64,000 bases of DNA from an uncultured delta proteobacterium (lineage in GTDB: Bacteria; Myxococcota_A; Polyangia; Polyangiales; Polyangiaceae): the NCBI GenBank assembly GCA_963782055.1, contig CAWAIF010000003.1:5504001-5568000 (forward strand), given 5' to 3'. The notes beneath the pieces are model-generated. The model worked only from the letters and a program-made list of their open reading frames with translations, did no database searches and was not told where the DNA came from. Made by a program: the position numbers and the translations under genes. Every line of letters begins with the position of its first letter. Position 1 is the stretch's first letter. Below are positions 9,658-20,475 of the stretch, one piece after another.

Positions 9658-10458
9658 ATGAGCCGCGTCTCGGCCGTCCGGGCGTTCTCCTTCGCGTCCA
9701 CGCTCTCCCCGAAGGAGCTCGCGCCGGTGCTGGAGGAGAGCGGCGGCACGGTGCGCGTGGCCAAGACGCAGGTCGTCGCCGAGTGCCCGGGCCCGAGCTG
9801 GATCATCGCCTACGACTTCGGCGCGATCACCTTCGTCGGCGTCACCGACGAGGTGCGCGAACGCGTGATGGCCTCCATCCAGGAGCGCATCCGACCGGAG
9901 GCGCACCCGCCCATGGAGGAGCAGATCCTCATCGAGGCGTCGGAGGAGGAGAAGCCGGGCGTGCGCTTCGACCGCGTGGTGGTCAAGGAGGTCGACCGCA
10001 AGCTGGTGGAGCTGGTGTCGCTGGTCACCGCCCAGTCGGCGGCGATGGAGTACTACGAGGAGGACGTCGACCTCATCCTGGCGGGGCTGAAGGACGTCTC
10101 GGAGGGCCTCGCCGAGACGGGCAAGCTGAGGGCCGGAGTGAGGGAGCTGCTGCGCTTCGTCGGCAGCGGCATGTCCACGCACAACCAGGTCGTCTACACC
10201 CTCGCCCTGCTCGACACCCCCGCCCTCGCCTGGGAGGACGAAACCCTCGACCGCATCTACCAGGGCCTGCGCGCGCAGCTGGAGATCGCCGACCGCTACC
10301 GCGCCCTCGATCACAAGCTGAACATGATCCAGAACAACTTCGAGCTGCTGGTGAACCTCACCCAGGAGCGCCGGAGCTGGTGGGTGGAGGTCGCCGTCGC
10401 GGTGCTCGTGGGGCTCGAGGTGCTCCTGTTCGTGTACGAGATCTTCTGGAAGCGGTGA
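9658..10458 (+). CDS. RMD1/DUF155 family protein
   Basis: YDFGAITF, AQSAAMEYYEE, LLDTPALAWED, LEIADRYRALDHKL and a C-terminal TM helix. Confidence 0.8.
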   Translation: MSRVSAVRAFSFASTLSPKELAPVLEESGGTVRVAKTQVVAECPGPSWIIAYDFGAITFVGVTDEVRERVMASIQERIRPEAHPPMEEQILIEASEEEKPGVRFDRVVVKEVDRKLVELVSLVTAQSAAMEYYEEDVDLILAGLKDVSEGLAETGKLRAGVRELLRFVGSGMSTHNQVVYTLALLDTPALAWEDETLDRIYQGLRAQLEIADRYRALDHKLNMIQNNFELLVNLTQERRSWWVEVAVAVLVGLEVLLFVYEIFWKR

Positions 10459-10478
10459 AGCGCCGTCAGCGGCGACAA

Positions 10479-11816
10479 TCAGGGCGCCGTGCAGCCAACG
10501 CGCGCCATTCGCAGGTCGTTCGCCTCGGTGACCCAGCCCACGACGAGGTTGGCGACGAGCGCCAGCGGCGCGCTGCCGAGCGCCGCGGCGGCGGAGCGCA
10601 CGTTCTCCGTCGGCACCAGCGCGGTCGCGCCGGAGAGTCGGCCGCGTAGTCTGCCCTCGCCGTCGAGCCACACCAGGTTGACGCCGGCGCCCGTGCTGAT
10701 GACGCGGGCGGCGGCGACGAGGTGCGCCTCCTGGCCGAACGACTGCCAGAGCACGGCGGCCTTGTCCACGGCGAGCTCTTGCAGCGTCAGCGGGACGAGG
10801 GCGGGGAAGCTGTCCGGGTCGAAGGTGGTGACGTTCGTGTCGTCCACCAGCGAGGCGCGCATCCCGAGGGGGATGTTGGTGTTCTGGACGTCGCCGCTGA
10901 GGTAGCCGAGGGCGTTCTTGCCTCCTGGCAGGGGAGCGGCGAACGGCGCGGCGATGTGCGCGCCGCCCTCGAGGGAGAGCGTGCGTTCGCCCGCGTCGCT
11001 GCCCGCGAGGTCGGTGGCGAGGGCGACGGTGTCGCCCACTCCCTGCTGCGGCGCGCTCAGAATCTCCGCGCGCTTTCCCGCGCGGTCGAGCATGATGGAT
11101 CCGCCCTCGAACGTCGGCGGGTTGGGCAGGCGGTAGATGATGGGCAGGGGGACGTTGGAGCCGGGATCGGTGAAGCTCACTGTTCCCGCGTGAACCGGGT
11201 AGTCGCCGTCGAGGTAGGAGACGGCGACGAAGAACGTCTGGCTCGCCAGGTCGATCGGGGCCGCGACCACGACGAAGTCGGCGAGCGTCGACGGGAGCGC
11301 GGGCGTGGTGTCGATGGTGATGAAGCCGGTATCGGTCTTGGCCGCGTCAGGCAGGAACGACGCCATCAACTTGCTGCCGCTGGTCGTGTCGACGAGCGAG
11401 GTCAAGAAGCCGCCTTCGAACCCGACGAACGACCCCCACTGCGCGTTCGCCGGTGCGACCGTCGTCGTCACCGCCATGAAGGAGGTGAGGCCCCCGTCGA
11501 CGTCGTAGAAGAAGGGCGCCCTGCTCGCGCTCCCCCGCACGGCGACGCGCAGACCCGAGGCGCTCGCGTGGACGGCCATCCGGTCGCCGAAATCGGGGTC
11601 GTTCACGATCAGGTGCGGTACGCCGTCCATGGCGCACTTCATCTCCACCGACGCCGAGCCGTCGGCCGCGTCGGCCGCGTCGAGACCCACGTCCGCGGCG
11701 ACGTCGTCGCCCGCGTCGCCTCCGGACCCGCGGAGATCGTCGAGCGGCGTGATGAGGGAGCAGGCGCCGAGGGTCGCCGCTGCGGCGGCGGCCAGCATGA
11801 TCCTTTTCGTGCTCAT
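10479..11816 (-). CDS. Hypothetical lipoprotein
   Basis: MSTKRIMLAAAAAATLGAC lipobox, DAG/DAA linker, beta-rich body; AAGGAG RBS. Confidence 0.7.
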   Translation of the reverse strand: MSTKRIMLAAAAAATLGACSLITPLDDLRGSGGDAGDDVAADVGLDAADAADGSASVEMKCAMDGVPHLIVNDPDFGDRMAVHASASGLRVAVRGSASRAPFFYDVDGGLTSFMAVTTTVAPANAQWGSFVGFEGGFLTSLVDTTSGSKLMASFLPDAAKTDTGFITIDTTPALPSTLADFVVVAAPIDLASQTFFVAVSYLDGDYPVHAGTVSFTDPGSNVPLPIIYRLPNPPTFEGGSIMLDRAGKRAEILSAPQQGVGDTVALATDLAGSDAGERTLSLEGGAHIAAPFAAPLPGGKNALGYLSGDVQNTNIPLGMRASLVDDTNVTTFDPDSFPALVPLTLQELAVDKAAVLWQSFGQEAHLVAAARVISTGAGVNLVWLDGEGRLRGRLSGATALVPTENVRSAAAALGSAPLALVANLVVGWVTEANDLRMARVGCTAP

Positions 11817-11894
11817 CTCCTTGCCCGCCTCAGACGATGGTACGGCCCGTGCGCCCAGACGCAACGCAGAACGTCCGCCCGGTTGGCCCGACCG

Positions 11895-12126
11895 TCAGCT
11901 CGCCGCTCCCAGGGCTTCCAGCACCGCCATGCGCACGCTCACGCCGTAGGCGACCTGGTCGAGCACCACCGAGCGGGGACCGTCCGCCACCTCGCTCGTC
12001 AACTCCACGCCACGGTTGATGGGCCCGAGGTGCATCACGATGGCGTCGTGCTTCGCGGCGCGGACGTTTCTTCGCGTTGACGCCGAAGAAACGGCTGTAG
12101 TCGCGCAGGCTGGGCACGTAGCCACC
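11895..12126 (-). pseudogene. pyrB: Duplicated 3' fragment of pyrB (frameshifted)
   Basis: 11908-12126 aligns to 13394-13611 with a 1-nt insertion (CGTTTC vs CGTTC), HPGP changed to HLGP and a different C-terminus (ALGAAS vs ALGTTDG). Confidence 0.9.
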
Positions 12127-12378
12127 TACGAGGAGGACGTCGACCTCATCCTGGCGGGGCTGAAGGACGTCTCGGAGGGGCTCGCCGAGACGGGCAAGCT
12201 GGGGGCCGGAGTGAGGGAGCTGCTGCGCTTCGTCGGCAGCGGCATGTCCACGCACAACCAGGTCGTCTGCACCCTCGCCCTGCTCGACACCCCCGCCCTC
12301 GCCTGGGAGGACGAGACCCTCGACCGCATCTACCAGGGCCTGCGCGCGCAGCTGGAGATCGCCGACCGCTACCGCGCC
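12126..12378 (+). pseudogene. Duplicated internal fragment of the RMD1-family gene
   Basis: 253 bp copy of 10053-10305 with four substitutions seen by eye; lacks its own start and the C-terminal part. Confidence 0.9.
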
Positions 12379-12404
12379 ACAGTCGACATGCTAGAGCCGG
12401 TTAC

Positions 12405-13368
12405 CGTTCGATGTTCGACCGTTTCATGAACGATTTCAGGCCATCGAGGCGATCAGCCGCTGGGCGTTCTTCAGCATCGCGCGGATCTTCGGGTCGACGC
12501 GGCCGGAGCGTGGGGACAGAGCGCGCAGCGTCAGGGTCCCGCCGATGACGCCTTCGAGGACCGGAACGAGCGACCGACCCTCGTCGCCCAGGCCGATGGG
12601 GTGCCACGGGCAGAAGACGATCCCCACGTGGGCCTCGGCGAGACCGACGAGCATCGGCAGGTTGGCGGTGCGCAGCCAGGGCGCGCTCCTGACCGAGCCG
12701 CCGTGCCGGAGCGGCAGGTCCTGGTCGTGGAGACCGGGGCCGCTCCATTGCAGCAGCGTGTGCCCGCCGAGGTCCTCGAGCGACTCGGGGCGGCCGTGCT
12801 TCGCGAGGTACGCCCGGGTGGCCCACAAGCCCGTCGGGCTACGCGCGACCACGTGCGAGAACCACTCGTGCTGGTCCGGCGGCGGGCCGAAGTGGAACAT
12901 CAGGTCGAAGGGCTCGCGGACGCGGGAGAGCGGATCGTCCGACTCGGTGACCGCGACGTCGAGGTCCGGGTGCAGCGCCCGCAGGCCCAGCAGCGCGCGG
13001 CTGCGCAGCGGGACGGGCAAGCCGACCGGCACGACGAGGTGGAGGACGCCGCGCGCCTCGTCGCGCGTGGCGCGCGCCTGCTCGCGCAGCGCCCGGGCGC
13101 CCTGCAGCAGCGGCCCCGCGCGCGCGACGACGGTCTCCCCGGCCGGCGTGAGCTCGATACCCGACGCGACCCGCCGCAGCAGCGGCACGCCGAGGTCCTT
13201 CGCCAGCCGCTCGACGTGCCGGCGCATGGCGCTGCGCGTGACCCGGTGCGCCGCCGCCGCTCGCTGGACGGAGCCGTGCTCGGCCACCCAGATCAACGCC
13301 TCGAGGTCGGAGAATTCCATGACGCCCATCGTGGCACCAAGCGGCCATCGATGGTCGAAAGTCGAACG
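12405..13368. repeat. Imperfect 16-bp inverted repeat pair bracketing the LysR gene
   Basis: CGTTCGATGTTCGACC (12405-12420) vs reverse complement of GGTCGAAAGTCGAACG (13353-13368): 14/16 identical. Confidence 0.6.
12436..13329 (-). CDS. LysR-family transcriptional regulator
   Basis: N-terminal HTH (VAEHGSVQRAA...VERLAKDLGVPLLRR...LTPAGE) plus substrate-binding domain; start 13329 or 13320. Confidence 0.9.
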   Translation of the reverse strand: MGVMEFSDLEALIWVAEHGSVQRAAAAHRVTRSAMRRHVERLAKDLGVPLLRRVASGIELTPAGETVVARAGPLLQGARALREQARATRDEARGVLHLVVPVGLPVPLRSRALLGLRALHPDLDVAVTESDDPLSRVREPFDLMFHFGPPPDQHEWFSHVVARSPTGLWATRAYLAKHGRPESLEDLGGHTLLQWSGPGLHDQDLPLRHGGSVRSAPWLRTANLPMLVGLAEAHVGIVFCPWHPIGLGDEGRSLVPVLEGVIGGTLTLRALSPRSGRVDPKIRAMLKNAQRLIASMA

Positions 13369-13377
13369 AGCCGAGGT

Positions 13378-14282
13378 TCAGCCGTCCGTCGTGCCCAGCG
13401 CCTCCAGCACCGCCATGCGCACGCTCACGCCGTAGGCGACCTGGTCGAGCACCACCGAGCGGGGACCGTCCGCCACGTCGCTGGAGAGCTCCACGCCACG
13501 GTTGATGGGCCCGGGGTGCATCACGATGGCGTCGTGCTTCGCGGCGCGGACGTTCTTCGCGTTGACGCCGAAGAAGCGGCTGTAGTCGCGCAGGCTGGGC
13601 ACGTAGCCGCCGTTCATCCGCTCCTGCTGCAGGCGCAGCACCATCACCACGTCGGCGCCTTCCATCGCCGGCTCCACACGGTCGTAGACCAGCGCGCCCA
13701 TCGCCTCCACGCCGCGCGGGATGAGGCTGCGGGGGCCGGCGACGCGCACCGTCGCGCCCAGCTTCCCGAGGGCGAAGAGGTCGGAGCGGGCCACGCGGCT
13801 GTGCAGGATGTCGCCCACGATGGTGACGGTGAGCCCCTCGACGCGTTTCTTGTGCCGGCGGATGGTGCCGCAGTCGAGCAGGGCCTGCGTCGGGTGCTCG
13901 TGCGTGCCGTCTCCCGCGTTGACCACGCGCGCCTTCACCTGCCGCGCGATCATGCGTGGCGCGCCGCTCGAGGCGTGCCGCAGCACCAGCACCGCCGGGC
14001 CCATGGCGTCCAGGTTGCGCGCGGTGTCCAGCAGCGTCTCGCCCTTCTTGGAGGAGGAGAAGGACTCCGACACGTTGACCACGTCCGCGGAGAGGCGCTT
14101 GGCGGCGATCTCGAAGGAGGTCCGCGTGCGCGTGGACGGCTCCATGAAGAGGTTGACCACCGTCTTGCCCAGGAGCGTCGGTCGCTTCTCGTTGCCGGTG
14201 GCGAAGAGCGCGTCGGCGCGATCGAGCAGCGCGACGAGGACGTCCACCTCCAGCGGCTCGATGCCCAGCAGACCGCCCGGCA

Positions 14283-14283
<1 letters not shown>
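13378..14283 (-). CDS. pyrB: Aspartate carbamoyltransferase catalytic subunit
   Basis: [52 protein letters not shown]. Confidence 0.96.
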
Positions 14284-15578
<1,295 letters not shown>

Positions 15579-15746
15579 GCGCCGGAGGGTAGCAGAGCTA
15601 CCCTCGAGCCTGATCGGCGTGTCGCGCGGGTGTGGTCATTTCCGCACGCCTGCCGGGGGAGATGGGGCGCAGGCGTAGGTACGCGGGGCCCGCGAGCGCT
15701 GTGCCCACCTTGCGATGGGTGGCACCAGCGTTGCTAGGCACGAGCC

Positions 15747-16628
15747 ATGCGCTTCTCTTGCTTGCCTCTCCTCGTCGGGGGGGCCCTCGCGTGCGCGGCG
15801 TGCACGCCGGACGTTCCCTACCGGTATACCGGCGTGACCCCGGCGCCCCGGCCCATCGCGTGGGCGGGGCGCGGGACCGGAGCCGGCGACATCCACGCGA
15901 CCGGCTCGCTCGCGACCGGCGCGATCGTCACCAACTACAGCCCGCAGATCCACGACACCGCGCTGTACGTCCCTCGCACCTCCGCCGAGGCGGCGGTCAC
16001 CTACGAGGCCGTTCGGGGCCTGGAGATCGGCGTCCGGGCGAACCTGGCGCTGCGGCGCTGGTCCGACGCGACGGCGATAGGCACCCCGCCCATGCCCGGC
16101 AACGCCGCCACGTGGGGCGTCGGCCCGGAGATCCGCGTCTGGTTTCCCCTCGACGACCGGAAGAGGTTCGGCATCGGGCTCGCGGGGAACCTGCAGATCC
16201 AGCAGGTGCCCTGGGTGCGCTTCGCCAGGCAGCCGTGCGTCCCGGCGCCGGACAAGTGCTTCAGCGACTCCACGCCCGACGGGCGGGTCACCTACGCGCT
16301 GGACGAGACGGGCACCGACACCGACTTCGTCTTCAACGCGGGCATCTACCCGAGCGTGAACCTGCACCCCTCGGGGCGCTACGGGCGCATCTTCCTCTAC
16401 GCCGGCGTCGCCGAGGGCTTCTCCAACGACGGCTTCGCGACGCAGTCGCGCAGCGGGAGCACCATCTCCACCGACATCGTGCCGATGGTGGGCCTCGGCT
16501 ACGGCTTCGACTACGAGGCGCTGCACGTCTCGCTGATGACCTTCGCGCCCCTGCGCACGAGCCCCGTCGGCTACCTGCCCGGCGCGGTGCTCACGCTCGG
16601 GATGAACCTGCCGACGCGGGGCCGATAG
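15747..16628 (+). CDS. Hypothetical lipoprotein, possibly an outer-membrane beta-barrel
   Basis: Lipobox-like CAAC and alternating aromatic/Gly beta-strand patterns (GVGPEIRVWF, GLGYGFDY). Confidence 0.6.
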   Translation: MRFSCLPLLVGGALACAACTPDVPYRYTGVTPAPRPIAWAGRGTGAGDIHATGSLATGAIVTNYSPQIHDTALYVPRTSAEAAVTYEAVRGLEIGVRANLALRRWSDATAIGTPPMPGNAATWGVGPEIRVWFPLDDRKRFGIGLAGNLQIQQVPWVRFARQPCVPAPDKCFSDSTPDGRVTYALDETGTDTDFVFNAGIYPSVNLHPSGRYGRIFLYAGVAEGFSNDGFATQSRSGSTISTDIVPMVGLGYGFDYEALHVSLMTFAPLRTSPVGYLPGAVLTLGMNLPTRGR

Positions 16629-16694
16629 CCCCCGGGGCTCCCGGCAGGTTCGATCTCGTCGTCGCCCCCGATCGGGCGCATACTGCGGCCCTCG

Positions 16695-18443
16695 ATGAAC
16701 TTCCGTCTGACCACCGTCCGCGCGAAGCTGACCGCGCTCGTGGCGTTCTCCGCCATCGTGACGCTGGCCTCGCTGCCGGTGCTCTCGTGGATCATGGACC
16801 GCCAGATCGTCGATCAGGTCGACGAGCGCGTGCCGGCCGCCGTGCACGGCTTCGGCGTGGAGATGGACGACGACCTGCGCAACATGCGCACGGTCGTGCT
16901 GGAGCTGTCCTCCCAGCCGGAGGTGCAGACCGCGCTCCGGGACAAGAAGGCGAAGGACCTGGAGCGGCTCGGGGCCATCTTCCACAAGGCCTACCCGCGC
17001 ATCGACTTCGACTTCTTCGACGCGGAGGACGCCTCGCTCGCGCAGATCGAGGTGTACCACCCGCCGGCGAGCGCCAAGCTCATCCCGGAGCTGGCGAGCC
17101 TCGGACCCAACGCGGTGCTGCAGACGGTGACGGCGAAGGGCTGCGAGACCGGGGCCGACGCGTACCCCGCCTTCGTCGCGGCGGAGCGCATGCCCGGCAT
17201 CGGCATCGTCATGGCGTGCCTGCCGCTGGACAACGACTACCTCACCGAGGTCCAGGACCGGATGGGGGTGGAGCTCGCCTTCATCACGCCGGACGGGACC
17301 GCCCTGGGTCACACCAACGTCTTCCCGACGGCGGGGATGGCGCAGGCGGCGGCCACCCCCACGCTCGTCAGGATCGGCAAGCGCGACTGGGCGCTGGAGC
17401 GCTTCACCCCGCCGACGATGAAGGGCGCGGAGGGCAACTACGGCGCGATCGTCGCGCTGGACGTGACCGACATCCGCGACGTCGTCCGCAGGAACCTGAT
17501 GTTCGCCGTGGCGGTGCTCGCCGCCGCCACCCTCATCTCCATGCTGCTCGGCGCGCGCCTCGCCGGCGTCATGTCGCGCGCCCTCTCGCGCGTCAACGCC
17601 GCGCTCAAGAAGCTGGAGAACCAGGAGTACGTCCACGTGGACATGATCCACACCGGCGACGAGCTGGAGGACCTGGCCACCGGCTTCAACACGATGGTCG
17701 ACGGCCTGAAGGAGCGCGACAAGCTGCGCTCCACCTTCGGCAAGTACATGACGCAGACGGTGATGGAGCACCTGATGAGCGGGAAGGTGCAGCTCGGCGG
17801 CGAGACCCTGACCGTCACCGTGCTCTTCTCCGACATCCGCAGCTTCACCACCATCTCGGAGGAGATGAACGACCCGCAGGCGCTCGTCGGCCTGCTCAAC
17901 GAGTACTTCACCGAGATGGTCGGCATCGTCATCCAGGAGGACGGCGTGGTCGACAAGTACATCGGCGACGCCATCATGGCGGTCTTCGGGGCGCCGGTCG
18001 GCAAGCACGACGACGCCGAGCGCGCCGTCCGCGCCGCGGTGCGCATGCGCGTCGCCCTCGCCCACCTGAACGAGCGGCTGAAGAAGCGCGGCATCAAGCC
18101 GCTGCGCACCGGGATCGGCATCCACACCGGGCAGGTGGTGGCGGGGAACATCGGCAGCGAGGCGCGCATGGAGTACACCGTCATCGGCGACGCGGTGAAC
18201 GTCGCCTCCCGCCTGGAGAGCAACACGAAGGAGCTCGGCGTGGACGTGCTCATCAGCGGGAGCACCTACGAGGTGGTGAAGGACATGTGCGTCGCCGAGC
18301 CCATCCGGGAGATCCACGTGAAGGGGCGCGTGGAGCCGGTGATGACCTACGAGCTGAAGGGCCTGAAGGAGGAGCCGCCCCCGCCGAAGAGCACGCCGTC
18401 GCAGCGGGCCAAGCCGATCTCCGACCCCGAGCCCGCCACCTGA
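16695..18443 (+). CDS. Membrane-bound class III adenylate cyclase (periplasmic sensor, HAMP, cyclase)
   Basis: Two TM helices, HAMP (GDELEDLATGFNTMV), VLFSDIRSFT, DKYIGDAIMA, EYTVIGDAVNVASRLE. Confidence 0.92.
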   Translation: MNFRLTTVRAKLTALVAFSAIVTLASLPVLSWIMDRQIVDQVDERVPAAVHGFGVEMDDDLRNMRTVVLELSSQPEVQTALRDKKAKDLERLGAIFHKAYPRIDFDFFDAEDASLAQIEVYHPPASAKLIPELASLGPNAVLQTVTAKGCETGADAYPAFVAAERMPGIGIVMACLPLDNDYLTEVQDRMGVELAFITPDGTALGHTNVFPTAGMAQAAATPTLVRIGKRDWALERFTPPTMKGAEGNYGAIVALDVTDIRDVVRRNLMFAVAVLAAATLISMLLGARLAGVMSRALSRVNAALKKLENQEYVHVDMIHTGDELEDLATGFNTMVDGLKERDKLRSTFGKYMTQTVMEHLMSGKVQLGGETLTVTVLFSDIRSFTTISEEMNDPQALVGLLNEYFTEMVGIVIQEDGVVDKYIGDAIMAVFGAPVGKHDDAERAVRAAVRMRVALAHLNERLKKRGIKPLRTGIGIHTGQVVAGNIGSEARMEYTVIGDAVNVASRLESNTKELGVDVLISGSTYEVVKDMCVAEPIREIHVKGRVEPVMTYELKGLKEEPPPPKSTPSQRAKPISDPEPAT

Positions 18444-18474
18444 GCCGGGGGTTCGCCCGGGCGAGGGTCGAGGC

Positions 18475-20235
18475 TCACACCGTGTGGATGTGGAACCCGC
18501 AGTGGGTGGCGGGGGTGCGACCCTGCAGCTCGCAGAGGACCTCCTCCGGGAGCGGGAACCAGCGCAGCGCCTCCACGTCCTTCGGCAGCGGCGGGTCGGC
18601 GGTGGGGTCCCAGCCCAAGAACTCGCCCTCCGCCTGCTCCACGATGCGCGCCGCCTCCTCGAGGTAGCCCGGCAGCGCCCACTCCGGCTCGGTCTCGTGG
18701 CGGGAGCGGTACTCCAGCTTGCCGGAGCGGTAGGAGAGATCGGCGAGGCGCTTGGTCGGCTCCGGACGCGCCTTGCGTGGGCGCCACTGCGCCGTCGCGA
18801 GGTCGAAGCGGTAGTGCGGCAGCAGCTTGTAGCCGTGACGCGCGACGAAGTGCACCGCGTCGAGCACGAACTGGAACACCGTCTCGGAGATGAAGTAGTT
18901 GAAGTTGACGCGCACCCACCCGGGCTTGACGCCCTCCGACCCGGCGAGGATCGCGCAGGCGAACTGCCGCGACGTGGTGAGGTCGATCCCCAGCAGGCGG
19001 TGGCCGTAGGGGCCGGCGCACGAGCAGCCGCCGCGCGCCTGGATGCCGAAGAGATCGTTCAGCAGGGAGACGACGAAGTTGTGGTGGAGCGCGCCCTCGC
19101 CGTGGAGCACCACGAAGGAGACGATGGAGAGGCGCCACGCGTGCTTGTTGCCCAGGATGCGGATGTTGGGGTTCTGGCCCCACGACTCGACGGCGCGGTG
19201 GATGTACGACTCCTCCTTCTGCCGGATGAGATCGACGCCGACGGCGTCCTTGAGCTGGAACACCAGACCCGCGCGGATGGACTCCAGGATGGCGGGGGTG
19301 CCACCCTCCTCGCGGTGCACCGGGTCGCTCAGGTACCGGTGCTCGCCGGCGCTGACGTAGGCGACGGTGCCCCCGCCGGGGAGCGAGGGCACGCGGTTCT
19401 TGAGCAGGTGCCGCTTGACGACGAGCACGCCGGGCGTGCCCGGCCCGCCGATGAACTTGTGCGGCGAGAGGAAGACGGCGTCCTTGTAGGCGAGGTGGGC
19501 GTCCTCGCCCTCGCCCACCGGGTTCATCTCCATCTTCACGTACGGGCCGGCCGCGGCGAAGTCCCAGAAGGCGAGGGCGCCGTGCTTGTGGAGCAGCGTG
19601 GAGATGGCGAGCGTGTTGGAGCCGATGCCGGTGACGTTGGACGCCGCGGAGAAGCTGCCGATCTTGAGGGGGCGGTCCGCGTAGGCGACGAGCTCGCGCT
19701 CCAGGTCGGCGAGATCGATGTGGCCGTCGGCGTCCTCGTCGATGACCACCACGTCGGCGATGGACTCGCGCCACGGCAGCTCGTTGGAGTGGTGCTCGTA
19801 CGGACCGATGAAGATGACCGGTCGCTCGGCGTCGGGGATGTGCCCGGAGAGACCGTAGCGGGAGTCCAGATCCGCCGGCACGCGCAGGTTGAGGATGTCG
19901 ACCAGCTTGTTGATGGCGCTGGTGGCGCCGGAGCCGCAGAAGATGACGAAGTCGTCCGGGCCGCCGCCGACGGCGTCGTGGACGACCTTGCGCGCGTCCT
20001 CGCGGAAGCGCGTCGTCTGCATGCCCGTCTGCGAGGTCTCGGTGTGGGTGTTGGCGTAGAAGGGCATGACCTCCTGACGCATGTAGTCCTCGATGAAGGC
20101 GAGCGAGCGACCGGACGCGGTGTAGTCGGCGTAGGTGACGCGGCGGGGGCCGTACGCCCCGGACAGGACCTGGTCGTCGCCGATGATGGCGTTGCGGATG
20201 GTCTCGATGAGGCGCTCGCGGGGACCGGTGGGCAT
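18475..20235 (-). CDS. Class V PLP-dependent aminotransferase / cysteine desulfurase-like enzyme
   Basis: YADYTASGR, YANTH, GSGATSAIN, PYEHHSN, SPHKFIGGPG, RGGCSCAGPYGH; start 20235 or 20250. Confidence 0.85.
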   Translation of the reverse strand: MPTGPRERLIETIRNAIIGDDQVLSGAYGPRRVTYADYTASGRSLAFIEDYMRQEVMPFYANTHTETSQTGMQTTRFREDARKVVHDAVGGGPDDFVIFCGSGATSAINKLVDILNLRVPADLDSRYGLSGHIPDAERPVIFIGPYEHHSNELPWRESIADVVVIDEDADGHIDLADLERELVAYADRPLKIGSFSAASNVTGIGSNTLAISTLLHKHGALAFWDFAAAGPYVKMEMNPVGEGEDAHLAYKDAVFLSPHKFIGGPGTPGVLVVKRHLLKNRVPSLPGGGTVAYVSAGEHRYLSDPVHREEGGTPAILESIRAGLVFQLKDAVGVDLIRQKEESYIHRAVESWGQNPNIRILGNKHAWRLSIVSFVVLHGEGALHHNFVVSLLNDLFGIQARGGCSCAGPYGHRLLGIDLTTSRQFACAILAGSEGVKPGWVRVNFNYFISETVFQFVLDAVHFVARHGYKLLPHYRFDLATAQWRPRKARPEPTKRLADLSYRSGKLEYRSRHETEPEWALPGYLEEAARIVEQAEGEFLGWDPTADPPLPKDVEALRWFPLPEEVLCELQGRTPATHCGFHIHTV

Positions 20236-20269
20236 GGCGCTGCAAAGCATACTCCTGTACGTGTTGGGT

Positions 20270-20450
20270 TGCCTCCCCGGTCAAGAGCCGGTGAGGTAGT
20301 CGCGGCCGGTCCGGGAGGAGCGCCCAGCGTCCTCCGTGCCTAGAGCACCTCGAGGGGACACTGCGCCCTCCCGGACCGCGTCGGGATGCAACGTCCGACC
20401 GGAAGTCGCGCCACGAGCGCCAGTAACAGGAGCGATGAGTGCATCTCGGC
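20270..20450 (+). ncRNA. Putative IS110 bridge RNA (5' hairpin, target-binding loop, donor-binding loop)
   Basis: Stems 20308-20318/20367-20377 (perfect 11 bp) and 20381-20390/20440-20449 enclose internal loops whose sequences match the target (AGCGTCCTC, CGAGGGGA) and the donor junction (ACCGGAAGTC, ACAGGA); transcript ends are estimates. Confidence 0.78.
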
Positions 20451-20475
20451 TGGCCGTTTCGAAAGGAGGTCCGTC

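Noticed and set aside
12016..12429. 137-aa ORF as a functional new fusion gene
   Set aside because: Antisense pyrB sequence joined to an RMD1 fragment with missense changes; best explained as a junction remnant
15632..18667. 1011-aa plus-strand and 893-aa minus-strand ORFs
   Set aside because: Arg/Gly/Pro-rich off-frame shadows of the lipoprotein and cyclase genes
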